DNA of 64,000 bases. It comes from Eledone cirrhosa (lineage: Eukaryota). The notes beneath the pieces are model-generated. The model searched no databases, had not been told where the DNA came from, and worked only from the letters and a program-made list of their open reading frames with translations. Of this stretch, positions 25,801 through 43,800 are shown piece by piece. The translations under genes were made by a program, and so were the position numbers. Position 1 is the first letter of the stretch. The number at the start of each line of letters is the position of its first letter. The stretch is taken from assembly GCA_964016885.1 (NCBI GenBank), contig OZ024743.1, positions 283,526,001 to 283,590,000 on the forward strand, given 5' to 3'.

Positions 25801-28800
25801 AGTACCACCAACACCAACAACATCAACAGCACCACTAACACCAACAACATCAACAGCACCACCAACACCAACAACATCAACAGTACCACCAACACCAACA
25901 ACATCAACAGTACCACCAACACCAACAACATCAACAGTACCACCAACACTAACAACATCAACAGTACCATCAACACCAACAACATCAACAGTACCACCAA
26001 CACCAACAACATCAACAGTACCACTAACACCAACAACATCAACAGTACCACCAACACCAACAACATCAACAGCACCACCAACACCAACAACATCAACAGT
26101 ACCACCAACACCAACAACATCAACAGCACCACTAACACCAACAACATCAACAGTACCATCAACACCAACAACATCAACAGTACCACCAACACCAACAACA
26201 TCAACAGTACCACTAACACCAACAACATCAACAGTACCACCAACACCAACAACATCAACAGCACCACCAACACCAACAACATCAACAGCACCACTAACAC
26301 CAACAACATCAACAGTACCACCAACACCAACAACATCAACAGTACCAACAACACCAACAACATCAACAGTACCACCAACACCAACAACATCAACAGTACC
26401 AACAACACCAACAACATCAACAGTACCGCCAACACCAACAACATCAACAGTACCAACAACACCAACAACATCAACAGTACCAACAACACCAACAACATCA
26501 ACAGCACCACCAACACCAACAACATCAACAGTAGCACCAACACCAACAACATCAACAGTACCAACAACACCAACAACATCAACAGTACCACCAACACCAA
26601 CAACATCAACAGCACCACCAACACCAACAACATCAACAGTAGCACCAACACCAACAACATCAACAGCACCACCAACACCAACAACATCAACAGTAGCACC
26701 AACACCAACAACATCAACAGTACCAACAACACCAACAACATCAACAGTACCATCAACACCAACAACATCAACAGTACCACCAACACCAACAACATCAACA
26801 GCACCACCAACACCAACAACATCAACAGTAGCACCAACACCAACAACATCAACAGTACCGCCAACACCAACAACATCAACAGTACCAACAACATCAACAG
26901 CACAACCAACACCAACAACATCAACAGTACCAACAACACCAACAACATCAACAGCACCAGTACCACCAACACCAACAACATCAACATCAAGAGTACCACC
27001 ATCAACACCAACATCAACAGCACCACCAACACCAACAACATCAACAGTACCACCAACGACATCAGCATCAACAGTACCACCAACACCGACAACATCAACA
27101 GTACCATCAACACCAACAACATCAACAGTACCACCAACACCAACAACATCAACAGTACCACCAACACCAACAACATCAACAGTACCATCAACACCAACAA
27201 CATCAACAGTACCAACAACACCAACAACATCAACAGCACCAGTACCACCAACACCAACAACATCAACATCAACAGTACCACCAACACCAACAACATCAAC
27301 AGTACCATCAACACCAACAACATCAACAGTACCACCAACACCAACAACATCAACAGTACCATCAACACCAACAACATCAACAGTACCAACAACACCAACA
27401 ACATCAACAGGACCATCAACACCAACAACATCAACAGCACCAACAACATCAACAGTACCACCAACACCAACAACATCAACAGTACCATCAACACCAACAA
27501 CATCAACAGTACCATCAACACCAACAACATCAACAGTACCACCAACACCAACAACATCAACAGTACCATCAACACCAACAACATCAACAGTACCAACAAC
27601 ACCAACAACATCAACAGTACCATCAACACCAACAACATCAACAGCACCACCAACACCAACAACATCAACAGAACCAACAACACCAACAACATCAACAGGA
27701 CCATCAACACCAACAACATCAACAGTACCAACAACACCAACAACATCAACAGCACCACCAACACCAACAACATCAACAGGACCAACAACACCAACAACAT
27801 CAACAGCACCACCAACACCAACAACATCAACAGTACCATCAACACCAACAACATCAACAGTACCACCAACACCAACAACATCAACAGTACCACCAACACC
27901 AACAACATCAACAGTACCACCAACACCAACAACATCAACAGTACCATCAACACCAACAACATCAACAGTACCACCAACACCAACAACATCAACAGTACCA
28001 CCAACACCAACAACATCAACAGCACCACCAACACCAACAACATCAACAGAACCAACAACACCAACAACATCAACAGGACCATCAACACCAACAACATCAA
28101 CAGTACCACCAACACCAACAACATCAACAGTACCACCAACACTAACAACATCAACAGAACCAACAACACTAACAACATCAACAACACCACCAACACCAAC
28201 AACATCAACAGCACCAACAACACCAACAACATCAACAGCACCACCAACACCAACAACATCAACAGTACCACCAATATCAACAACATCAACAGTACCACGA
28301 ACACCAACAACATCAACAGTACCACCAACACCAACAACATCAACAGTACCACCAACACCAACAACATCAGCAGCAGTACCAACACCAACAACATCAACAG
28401 TACCACCAACACCAACAACATCAACAGTACCATCAACACCAACAACATCAACAGTACCACCAACACCAACAACATCAACAGCACCACCAACACCAACAAC
28501 ATCAACAGTACCACCAACACCAACAACATCAACAGCACCACCAACACCAACAACATCAACAGTACCACCAACACCAACAACATCAACAGCACCACTAACA
28601 CCAACAACAGCAACAGTACCACCAACACCAACAACATCAACAGTACCACCAACACCAACAACATCAACAGCACCACCAACACCAACAACATCAACAGTAC
28701 CACCAACACCAACAACATCAACAGCACCACTAACACCAACAACATCAACAGTACCACCAACACCAACAACATCAACAGCACCACCAACACCAACAACATC

Positions 28801-31800
28801 AACAGCACCACCAACACCAACAACATCAACAGTACCACCAACACCAACAACATCAACAACACCACCAACACCAACAACATCAACAGTACCACCAACACCA
28901 ACAACATCAACAGTACCAACAACACCAACAACATCAACAGTACCGCCAACACCAACAACATCAACAGTACCAACAACACCAACAACATCAACAGTACCAA
29001 CAACACCAACAACATCAACAGCACCACCAACACCAACAACATCAACAGTAGCACCAACACCAACAACATCAACAGTACCAACAACACCAACAACATCAAC
29101 AGTACCACCAACACCAACAACATCAACAGCACCACCAACACCAACAACATCAACAGTAGCACCAACACCAACAACATCAACAGCACCACCAACACCAACA
29201 ACATCAACAGTAGCACCAACACCAACAACATCAACAGCACCACCAACACCAACAACATCAACAGCACCACCAACACCAACAACATCAACAGCACCACCAA
29301 CACCAACAACATCAACAGTACCATCAACACCAACAACATCAACAGTACCACCAACACCAACAACATCAACAGTACCACCAACACCAACAACATCAACAGT
29401 ACCACCAACACCAACAACATCAACAGTACCATCAACACCAACAACATCAACAGTACCACCAACACCAACAACATCAACAGTACCACCAACACCAACAACA
29501 TCAACAGCACCACCAACACCAACAACATCAACAGAACCAACAACACCAACAACATCAACAGGACCATCAACACCAACAACATCAACAGTACCACCAACAC
29601 CAACAACATCAACAGTACCACCAACACTAACAACATCAACAGAACCAACAACACCAACAACATCAACAGCACCACCAACACCAACAACATCAACAGCACC
29701 AACAACACCAACAACATCAACAGCACCACCAACACCAACAACATCAACAGTACCACCAACATCAACAACATCAACAGTACCACGAACACCAACAACATCA
29801 ACAGTACCACCAACACCAACAACATCAACAGTACCACCAACACCAACAACATCAGCAGCAGTACCAACACCAACAACATCAACAGTACCACCAACACCAA
29901 CAACATCAACAGTACCATCAACACCAACAACATCAACAGTACCACCAACACCAACAACATCAACAGCACCACCAACACCAACAACATCAACAGTACCACC
30001 AACACCAACAACATCAACAGCACCACCAACACCAACAACATCAACAGTACCACCAACACCAACAACAGCAACAGTACCACCAACACCAACAACATCAACA
30101 GCACCACCAACACCAACAACATCAACAACACCACCAACACCAACAACATCAACAGTACCACCAACACCAACAACATCAACAGTACCAACAACACCAACAA
30201 CATCAACAGTACCGCCAACACCAACAACATCAACAGTACCAACAACACCAACAACATCAACAGTACCATCAACACCAACAACATCAACAGTACCACCAAC
30301 ACCAACAACATCAACAGCACCACCAACACCAACAACATCAACAGTACCACCAACACCAACAACATCAACAGCACCACTAACACCAACAACATCAACAGTA
30401 CCACCAACACCAACAACATCAACAGCACCACCAACACCAACAACATCAACAGCACCACCAACACCAACAACATCAACAGTACCACCAACACCAACAACAT
30501 CAACAACACCACCAACACCAACAACATCAACAGTACCACCAACACCAACAACATCAACAGTACCAACAACACCAACAACATCAACAGTACCGCCAACACC
30601 AACAACATCAACAGTACCAACAACACCAACAACATCAACAGTACCAACAACACCAACAACATCAACAGCACCACCAACACCAACAACATCAACAGTAGCA
30701 CCAACACCAACAACATCAACAGTACCAACAACACCAACAACATCAACAGTACCACCAACACCAACAACATCAACAGCACCACCAACACCAACAACATCAA
30801 CAGTAGCACCAACACCAACAACATCAACAGCACCACCAACACCAACAACATCAACAGTACCACCAACACCAACAACATCATCAGCACCACCAACACCAAC
30901 AACATCAACAGCACCACCAACACCAACAACATCAACAGCACCACTAACACCAACAACATCAACAGTACCAACAACACCAACAACATCAACAGCACCAACA
31001 ACACCAACAACATCAACAGCACCACCAACACCAACAACATCAACAGTACCACCAACATCAACAACATCAACAGTACCATCAACACCAACAACATCAACAG
31101 TACCATCAACACCAACAACATCAACAGTGCCACCAACACCAACAACATCAACAGTACCACCAACACCAACACCAACAACAGCACCACTAACACCAACAAC
31201 ATCAACAGTACCACCAACACCAACAACATCAACAGTACCACCAACACCAAAAACATCAACAGTACCACCAACACCAACAACATCAACAGTACCACCAACA
31301 CCAACAACATCATCAGCACCACCAACACCAACAACATCAACAGCACCACCAACACCAACAACATCAACAGCACCACTAACACCAACAACATCAACAGTAC
31401 CAACAACACCAACAACATCAACAGCACCAACAACACCAACAACATCAACAGCACCACCAACACCAACAACATCAACAGTACCACCAACATCAACAACATC
31501 AACAGTACCACCAACACCAACAACATCAACAGTACCACCAACACCAACAATATCAGCAGCAGTACCAACACCAACAACATCAACAGTACCACCAACACTA
31601 ACAACATCAACAGTACCATCAACACCAACAACATCAACAGTACCACCAACACCAACAACATCAACAGCACCACCAACACCAACAACATCAACAGTACCAC
31701 CAACACCAACAACATCAACAGCACCACTAACACCAACAACATCAACAGTACCACCAACACCAACAACATCAACAGCACCACCAACACCAACAACATCAAC

Positions 31801-34800
31801 AGTACCACCAACACCAACAACATCAACAGCACCACTAACACCAACAACATCAACAGCACCACCAACACCAACAACATCAACAGTACCACCAACACCAACA
31901 ACATCAACAGTACCACCAACACCAACAACATCAACAGTACCACCAACACTAACAACATCAACAGTACCATCAACACCAACAACATCAACAGTACCACCAA
32001 CACCAACAACATCAACAGTACCACTAACACCAACAACATCAACAGTACCACCAACACCAACAACATCAACAGCACCACCAACACCAACAACATCAACAGT
32101 ACCACCAACACCAACAACATCAACAGCACCACTAACACCAACAACATCAACAGTACCATCAACACCAACAACATCAACAGTACCACCAACACCAACAACA
32201 TCAACAGTACCACTAACACCAACAACATCAACAGTACCACCAACACCAACAACATCAACAGCACCACCAACACCAACAACATCAACAGCACCACTAACAC
32301 CAACAACATCAACAGTACCACCAACACCAACAACATCAACAGTACCAACAACACCAACAACATCAACAGTACCACCAACACCAACAACATCAACAGTACC
32401 AACAACACCAACAACATCAACAGTACCGCCAACACCAACAACATCAACAGTACCAACAACACCAACAACATCAACAGTACCAACAACACCAACAACATCA
32501 ACAGCACCACCAACACCAACAACATCAACAGTAGCACCAACACCAACAACATCAACAGTACCAACAACACCAACAACATCAACAGTACCACCAACACCAA
32601 CAACATCAACAGCACCACCAACACCAACAACATCAACAGTAGCACCAACACCAACAACATCAACAGCACCACCAACACCAACAACATCAACAGTAGCACC
32701 AACACCAACAACATCAACAGTACCAACAACACCAACAACATCAACAGTACCATCAACACCAACAACATCAACAGTACCACCAACACCAACAACATCAACA
32801 GCACCACCAACACCAACAACATCAACAGTAGCACCAACACCAACAACATCAACAGTACCGCCAACACCAACAACATCAACAGTACCAACAACATCAACAG
32901 CACAACCAACACCAACAACATCAACAGTACCAACAACACCAACAACATCAACAGCACCAGTACCACCAACACCAACAACATCAACATCAAGAGTACCACC
33001 ATCAACACCAACATCAACAGCACCACCAACACCAACAACATCAACAGTACCACCAACGACATCAGCATCAACAGTACCACCAACACCGACAACATCAACA
33101 GTACCATCAACACCAACAACATCAACAGTACCACCAACACCAACAACATCAACAGTACCACCAACACCAACAACATCAACAGTACCATCAACACCAACAA
33201 CATCAACAGTACCAACAACACCAACAACATCAACAGCACCAGTACCACCAACACCAACAACATCAACATCAACAGTACCACCAACACCAACAACATCAAC
33301 AGTACCATCAACACCAACAACATCAACAGTACCACCAACACCAACAACATCAACAGTACCATCAACACCAACAACATCAACAGTACCAACAACACCAACA
33401 ACATCAACAGGACCATCAACACCAACAACATCAACAGCACCAACAACATCAACAGTACCACCAACACCAACAACATCAACAGTACCATCAACACCAACAA
33501 CATCAACAGTACCATCAACACCAACAACATCAACAGTACCACCAACACCAACAACATCAACAGTACCATCAACACCAACAACATCAACAGTACCAACAAC
33601 ACCAACAACATCAACAGTACCATCAACACCAACAACATCAACAGCACCACCAACACCAACAACATCAACAGAACCAACAACACCAACAACATCAACAGGA
33701 CCATCAACACCAACAACATCAACAGTACCAACAACACCAACAACATCAACAGCACCACCAACACCAACAACATCAACAGGACCAACAACACCAACAACAT
33801 CAACAGCACCACCAACACCAACAACATCAACAGTACCATCAACACCAACAACATCAACAGTACCACCAACACCAACAACATCAACAGTACCACCAACACC
33901 AACAACATCAACAGTACCACCAACACCAACAACATCAACAGTACCATCAACACCAACAACATCAACAGTACCACCAACACCAACAACATCAACAGTACCA
34001 CCAACACCAACAACATCAACAGCACCACCAACACCAACAACATCAACAGAACCAACAACACCAACAACATCAACAGGACCATCAACACCAACAACATCAA
34101 CAGTACCACCAACACCAACAACATCAACAGTACCACCAACACTAACAACATCAACAGAACCAACAACACTAACAACATCAACAACACCACCAACACCAAC
34201 AACATCAACAGCACCAACAACACCAACAACATCAACAGCACCACCAACACCAACAACATCAACAGTACCACCAATATCAACAACATCAACAGTACCACGA
34301 ACACCAACAACATCAACAGTACCACCAACACCAACAACATCAACAGTACCACCAACACCAACAACATCAGCAGCAGTACCAACACCAACAACATCAACAG
34401 TACCACCAACACCAACAACATCAACAGTACCATCAACACCAACAACATCAACAGTACCACCAACACCAACAACATCAACAGCACCACCAACACCAACAAC
34501 ATCAACAGTACCACCAACACCAACAACATCAACAGCACCACCAACACCAACAACATCAACAGTACCACCAACACCAACAACATCAACAGCACCACTAACA
34601 CCAACAACAGCAACAGTACCACCAACACCAACAACATCAACAGTACCACCAACACCAACAACATCAACAGCACCACCAACACCAACAACATCAACAGTAC
34701 CACCAACACCAACAACATCAACAGCACCACTAACACCAACAACATCAACAGTACCACCAACACCAACAACATCAACAGCACCACCAACACCAACAACATC

Positions 34801-37800
34801 AACAGCACCACCAACACCAACAACATCAACAGTACCACCAACACCAACAACATCAACAACACCACCAACACCAACAACATCAACAGTACCACCAACACCA
34901 ACAACATCAACAGTACCAACAACACCAACAACATCAACAGTACCGCCAACACCAACAACATCAACAGTACCAACAACACCAACAACATCAACAGTACCAA
35001 CAACACCAACAACATCAACAGCACCACCAACACCAACAACATCAACAGTAGCACCAACACCAACAACATCAACAGTACCAACAACACCAACAACATCAAC
35101 AGTACCACCAACACCAACAACATCAACAGCACCACCAACACCAACAACATCAACAGTAGCACCAACACCAACAACATCAACAGCACCACCAACACCAACA
35201 ACATCAACAGTAGCACCAACACCAACAACATCAACAGCACCACCAACACCAACAACATCAACAGCACCACCAACACCAACAACATCAACAGCACCACCAA
35301 CACCAACAACATCAACAGTACCATCAACACCAACAACATCAACAGTACCACCAACACCAACAACATCAACAGTACCACCAACACCAACAACATCAACAGT
35401 ACCACCAACACCAACAACATCAACAGTACCATCAACACCAACAACATCAACAGTACCACCAACACCAACAACATCAACAGTACCACCAACACCAACAACA
35501 TCAACAGCACCACCAACACCAACAACATCAACAGAACCAACAACACCAACAACATCAACAGGACCATCAACACCAACAACATCAACAGTACCACCAACAC
35601 CAACAACATCAACAGTACCACCAACACTAACAACATCAACAGAACCAACAACACCAACAACATCAACAGCACCACCAACACCAACAACATCAACAGCACC
35701 AACAACACCAACAACATCAACAGCACCACCAACACCAACAACATCAACAGTACCACCAACATCAACAACATCAACAGTACCACGAACACCAACAACATCA
35801 ACAGTACCACCAACACCAACAACATCAACAGTACCACCAACACCAACAACATCAGCAGCAGTACCAACACCAACAACATCAACAGTACCACCAACACCAA
35901 CAACATCAACAGTACCATCAACACCAACAACATCAACAGTACCACCAACACCAACAACATCAACAGCACCACCAACACCAACAACATCAACAGTACCACC
36001 AACACCAACAACATCAACAGCACCACCAACACCAACAACATCAACAGTACCACCAACACCAACAACAGCAACAGTACCACCAACACCAACAACATCAACA
36101 GCACCACCAACACCAACAACATCAACAACACCACCAACACCAACAACATCAACAGTACCACCAACACCAACAACATCAACAGTACCAACAACACCAACAA
36201 CATCAACAGTACCGCCAACACCAACAACATCAACAGTACCAACAACACCAACAACATCAACAGTACCATCAACACCAACAACATCAACAGTACCACCAAC
36301 ACCAACAACATCAACAGCACCACCAACACCAACAACATCAACAGTACCACCAACACCAACAACATCAACAGCACCACTAACACCAACAACATCAACAGTA
36401 CCACCAACACCAACAACATCAACAGCACCACCAACACCAACAACATCAACAGCACCACCAACACCAACAACATCAACAGTACCACCAACACCAACAACAT
36501 CAACAACACCACCAACACCAACAACATCAACAGTACCACCAACACCAACAACATCAACAGTACCAACAACACCAACAACATCAACAGTACCGCCAACACC
36601 AACAACATCAACAGTACCAACAACACCAACAACATCAACAGTACCAACAACACCAACAACATCAACAGCACCACCAACACCAACAACATCAACAGTAGCA
36701 CCAACACCAACAACATCAACAGTACCAACAACACCAACAACATCAACAGTACCACCAACACCAACAACATCAACAGCACCACCAACACCAACAACATCAA
36801 CAGTAGCACCAACACCAACAACATCAACAGCACCACCAACACCAACAACATCAACAGTAGCACCAACACCAACAACATCAACAGCACCACCAACACCAAC
36901 AACATCAACAGCACCACCAACACCAACAACATCAACAGCACCACCAACACCAACAACATCAACAGTACCATCAACACCAACAACATCAACAGTACCACCA
37001 ACACCAACAACATCAACAGTACCACCAACACCAACAACATCAACAGTACCACCAACACCAACAACATCAACAGTACCATCAACACCAACAACATCAACAG
37101 TACCACCAACACCAACAACATCAACAGTACCACCAACACCAACAACATCAACAGCACCACCAACACCAACAACATCAACAGAACCAACAACACCAACAAC
37201 ATCAACAGGACCATCAACACCAACAACATCAACAGTACCACCAACACCAACAACATCAACAGTACCACCAACACTAACAACATCAACAGAACCAACAACA
37301 CCAACAACATCAACAGCACCACCAACACCAACAACATCAACAGCACCAACAACACCAACAACATCAACAGCACCACCAACACCAACAACATCAACAGTAC
37401 CACCAACATCAACAACATCAACAGTACCACGAACACCAACAACATCAACAGTACCACCAACACCAACAACATCAACAGTACCACCAACACCAACAACATC
37501 AGCAGCAGTACCAACACCAACAACATCAACAGTACCACCAACACCAACAACATCAACAGTACCATCAACACCAACAACATCAACAGTACCACCAACACCA
37601 ACAACATCAACAGCACCACCAACACCAACAACATCAACAGTACCACCAACACCAACAACATCAACAGCACCACCAACACCAACAACATCAACAGTACCAC
37701 CAACACCAACAACAGCAACAGTACCACCAACACCAACAACATCAGCAGCACCACCAACACCAACAACATCAACAACACCACCAACACCAACAACATCAAC

Positions 37801-40800
37801 AGTACCACCAACACCAACAACATCAACAGTACCAACAACACCAACAACATCAACAGTACCGCCAACACCAACAACATCAACAGTACCAACAACACCAACA
37901 ACATCAACAGTACCATCAACACCAACAACATCAACAGTACCACCAACACCAACAACATCAACAGCACCACCAACACCAACAACATCAACAGTACCACCAA
38001 CACCAACAACAGCAACAGTACCACCAACACCAACAACATCAACAGCACCACCAACACCAACAACATCAACAACACCACCAACACCAACAACATCAACAGT
38101 ACCACCAACACCAACAACATCAACAGTACCAACAACACCAACAACATCAACAGTACCGCCAACACCAACAACATCAACAGTACCAACAACACCAACAACA
38201 TCAACAGTACCATCAACACCAACAACATCAACAGTACCACCAACACCAACAACATCAACAGCACCAACAACACCAACAACATCAACAGCACCAACAACAC
38301 CAACAACATCAACAGCACCACCAACACCAACAACATCAACAGTAGCACCAACACCAACAACATCAACAGTACCAACAACACCAACAACATCAACAGTACC
38401 ACCAACACCAACAACATCAACAGCACCACCAACACCAACAACATCAACAGTAGCACCAACACCAACAACATCAACAGCACCACCAACACCAACAACATCA
38501 ACAGTAGCACCAACACCAACAACATCAACAGTACCGCCAACACCAACAACATCAACAGTACCAACAACACCAACAACATCAACAGTACCATCAACACCAA
38601 CAACATCAACAGTACCACCAACACCAACAACATCAACAGCACCACCAACACCAACAACATCAACAGTAGCACCAACACCAACAACATCAACAGTACCACC
38701 AACACCAACAACATCAACAGTACCACCAACACCAACAACATCAACAGTACCGCCAACACCAACAACATCAACAGTACCAACAACATCAACAGCACAACCA
38801 ACACCAACAACATCAACAGTACCATCAACACCAACAACATCAACAGTACCAACAACACCAACAACATCAACAGCACCAGTACCACCAACACCAACAACAT
38901 CAACATCAACAGTACCACCAACACCAACAACATCAACAGTACCATCAACACCAACAACATCAACAGTACCACCAACACCAACAACATCAACAGTACCACC
39001 AACACCAACAACATCAACAGTACCATCAACACCAACAACATCAACAGTACCAACAACACCAACAACATCAACAGCACAACCAACACCAACAACATCAACA
39101 GTACCATCAACACCAACAACATCAACAGTACCACCAACACCAACAACATCAACAGTACCATCAACACCAACAACATCAACAGTACCAACAACACCAACAA
39201 CATCAACAGTACCATCAACACCAACAACATCAACAGTACCAACAACACCAACAACATCAACAGTACCATCAACACCAACAACATCAACAGCACCACCAAC
39301 ACCAACAACATCAACAGAACCAACAACACCAACAACATCAACAACACCACCAACACCAACAACATCAACAGTACCATCAACACCAACAACATCAACAGTA
39401 CCACCAACACCAACAACATCAACAGTACCACCAACACCAACAACATCAACAGTACCACCAACACCAACAACATCAACAGTACCATCAACACCAACAACAT
39501 CAACAGTACCACCAACACCAACAACATCAACAGTACCACCAACACCAACAACATCAACAGCACCACCAACACCAACAACATCAACAGAACCAACAACACC
39601 AACAACATCAACAGGACCATCAACACCAACAACATCAACAGCACCACCAACACCAACAACATCAACAGTACCACCAACACCAACAACATCAACAGCACCA
39701 CCAACACCAACAACATCAACAGCACCACCAACACCAACAACATCAACAGTACCACCAACACCAACAACATCAACAGCACCACCAACACCAACAACATCAA
39801 CAGCACCACCAACACCAACAACATCAACAGCACCACCAACACCAACAACATCAACAGTACCATCAACACCAACAACATCACCACTAACACCAACAACATC
39901 AACAGTACCACCAACACCAACAACATCAACAGTACCACCAACACCAACAACATCAACAGTACCACCAACACCAACAACATCAACAGTACCACCAACACCA
40001 ACAACATCAACAGCACCACCAACACCAACAACATCAACAGCACCACCAACACCAACAACATCAACAGCACCACCAACACCAACAACATCAACAGTACCAC
40101 CAACACCAACAACATCAACAGCACCACCAACACCAACAACATCAACAGCACCACCAACACCAACAACATCAACAGCACCACCAACACCAACAACATCAAC
40201 AGTACCATCAACACCAACAACATCAACAGGACCATCAACACCAACAACATCAACAGTACCACCAACACCAACAACATCAACAGCACCACCAACACCAACA
40301 ACATCAACAGAACCAACAACACCAACAACATCAACAGGACCATCAACACCAACAACATCAACAGTACCACCAACACCAACAACAGCACCACTAACACCAA
40401 CAACATCAACAGTACCACCAACACCAACAACATCAACAGTACCACCAACACCAACAACATCAACAGAACCAACAACACCAACAACATCAACAGCACCACC
40501 AACACCAACAACATCAACAGTACCACCAACACCAACAACATCAACAGGACCATCAACACCAACAACATCAACAGTACCACCAACACCAACAACATCAACA
40601 GTACCACCAACACCAACAACATCAACAGCACCACCAACACCAACAACATCAACAGCACCACCAACACCAACAACATCAACAGTACCACTAACACCAACAA
40701 CATCAACAGTACCATCAACACCAACAACATCAACAGCACCACCAAAACCAACAACATCAACAGTACTAACAACACCAACAACATCAACAGCACCACCAAC

Positions 40801-43800
40801 ACCAACAACATCAACAGTACCATCAACACCAACAACATCAACAGTACCATCAACACCAACAACATCAACAGTACCACCAACACCAACAACATCAACAGTA
40901 CCACCAACACCAACAACATCAACAGCACCACCAACACCAACAACATCAACAACACCACCAACACCAACAACATCAACAGTACCACCAACACCAACAACAT
41001 CAACAGTACCAACAACACCAACAACATCAACAGTACCGCCAACACCAACAACATCAACAGTACCAACAACACCAACAACATCAACAGTACCATCAACACC
41101 AACAACATCAACAGTACCACCAACACCAACAACATCAACAGCACCAACAACACCAACAACATCAACAGCACCAACAACACCAACAACATCAACAGCACCA
41201 CCAACACCAACAACATCAACAGTAGCACCAACACCAACAACATCAACAGTACCAACAACACCAACAACATCAACAGTACCACCAACACCAACAACATCAA
41301 CAGCACCACCAACACCAACAACATCAACAGTAGCACCAACACCAACAACATCAACAGCACCACCAACACCAACAACATCAACAGTAGCACCAACACCAAC
41401 AACATCAACAGTACCGCCAACACCAACAACATCAACAGTACCAACAACACCAACAACATCAACAGTACCATCAACACCAACAACATCAACAGTACCACCA
41501 ACACCAACAACATCAACAGCACCACCAACACCAACAACATCAACAGTAGCACCAACACCAACAACATCAACAGTACCACCAACACCAACAACATCAACAG
41601 TACCACCAACACCAACAACATCAACAGTACCAACAACATCAACAGCACAACCAACACCAACAACATCAACAGTACCATCAACACCAACAACATCAACAGT
41701 ACCAACAACACCAACAACATCAACAGCACCAGTACCACCAACACCAACAACATCAACATCAACAGTACCACCAACACCAACAACATCAACAGTACCATCA
41801 ACACCAACAACATCAACAGTACCACCAACACCAACAACATCAACAGTACCACCAACACCAACAACATCAACAGTACCATCAACACCAACAACATCAACAG
41901 TACCAACAACACCAACAACATCAACAGCACAACCAACACCAACAACATCAACAGTACCATCAACACCAACAACATCAACAGTACCAACAACACCAACAAC
42001 ATCAACAGCACCAGTACCACCAACACCAACAACATCAACATCAACAGTACCACCAACACCAACAACATCAACAGTACCATCAACACCAACAACATCAACA
42101 GTACCACCAACACCAACAACATCAACAGTACCATCAACACCAACAACATCAACAGTACCAACAACACCAACAACATCAACAGTACCATCAACACCAACAA
42201 CATCAACAGTACCAACAACACCAACAACATCAACAGTACCATCAACACCAACAACATCAACAGCACCACCAACACCAACAACATCAACAGAACCAACAAC
42301 ACCAACAACATCAACAGCACCACCAACACCAACAACATCAACAGTACCATCAACACCAACAACATCAACAGTACCACCAACACCAACAACATCAACAGTA
42401 CCACCAACACCAACAACATCAACAGTACCACCAACACCAACAACATCAACAGTACCATCAACACCAACAACATCAACAGTACCACCAACACCAACAACAT
42501 CAACAGTACCACCAACACCAACAACATCAACAGCACCACCAACACCAACAACATCAACAGAACCAACAACACCAACAACATCAACAGGACCATCAACACC
42601 AACAACATCAACAGCACCACCAACACCAACAACATCAACAGTACCACCAACACCAACAACATCAACAGCACCACCAACACCAACAACATCAACAGCACCA
42701 CCAACACCAACAACATCAACAGTACCACCAACACCAACAACATCAACAGCACCACCAACACCAACAACATCAACAGCACCACCAACACCAACAACATCAA
42801 CAGCACCACCAACACCAACAACATCAACAGTACCATCAACACCAACAACAGCACCACTAACACCAACAACATCAACAGTACCACCAACACCAACAACATC
42901 AACAGTACCACCAACACCAACAACATCAACAGTACCACCAACACCAACAACATCAACAGTACCACCAACACCAACAACATCAACAGCACCACCAACACCA
43001 ACAACATCAACAGCACCACCAACACCAACAACATCAACAGCACCACCAACACCAACAACATCAACAGTACCACCAACACCAACAACATCAACAGCACCAC
43101 CAACACCAACAACATCAACAGCACCACCAACACCAACAACATCAACAGCACCACCAACACCAACAACATCAACAGTACCATCAACACCAACAACATCAAC
43201 AGGACCATCAACACCAACAACATCAACAGTACCACCAACACCAACAACATCAACAGCACCACCAACACCAACAACATCAACAGAACCAACAACACCAACA
43301 ACATCAACAGGACCATCAACACCAACAACATCAACAGTACCACCAACACCAACAACAGCACCACTAACACCAACAACATCAACAGTACCACCAACACCAA
43401 CAACATCAACAGTACCACCAACACCAACAACATCAACAGAACCAACAACACCAACAACATCAACAGCACCACCAACACCAACAACATCAACAGTACCACC
43501 AACACCAACAACATCAACAGGACCATCAACACCAACAACATCAACAGTACCACCAACACCAACAACATCAACAGTACCACCAACACCAACAACATCAACA
43601 GCACCACCAACACCAACAACATCAACAGCACCACCAACACCAACAACATCAACAGTACCACTAACACCAACAACATCAACAGTACCATCAACACCAACAA
43701 CATCAACAGCACCACCAAAACCAACAACATCAACAGTACTAACAACACCAAAAACATCAACAGCACCACCAACACCAACAACATCAACAGTACCATCAAC

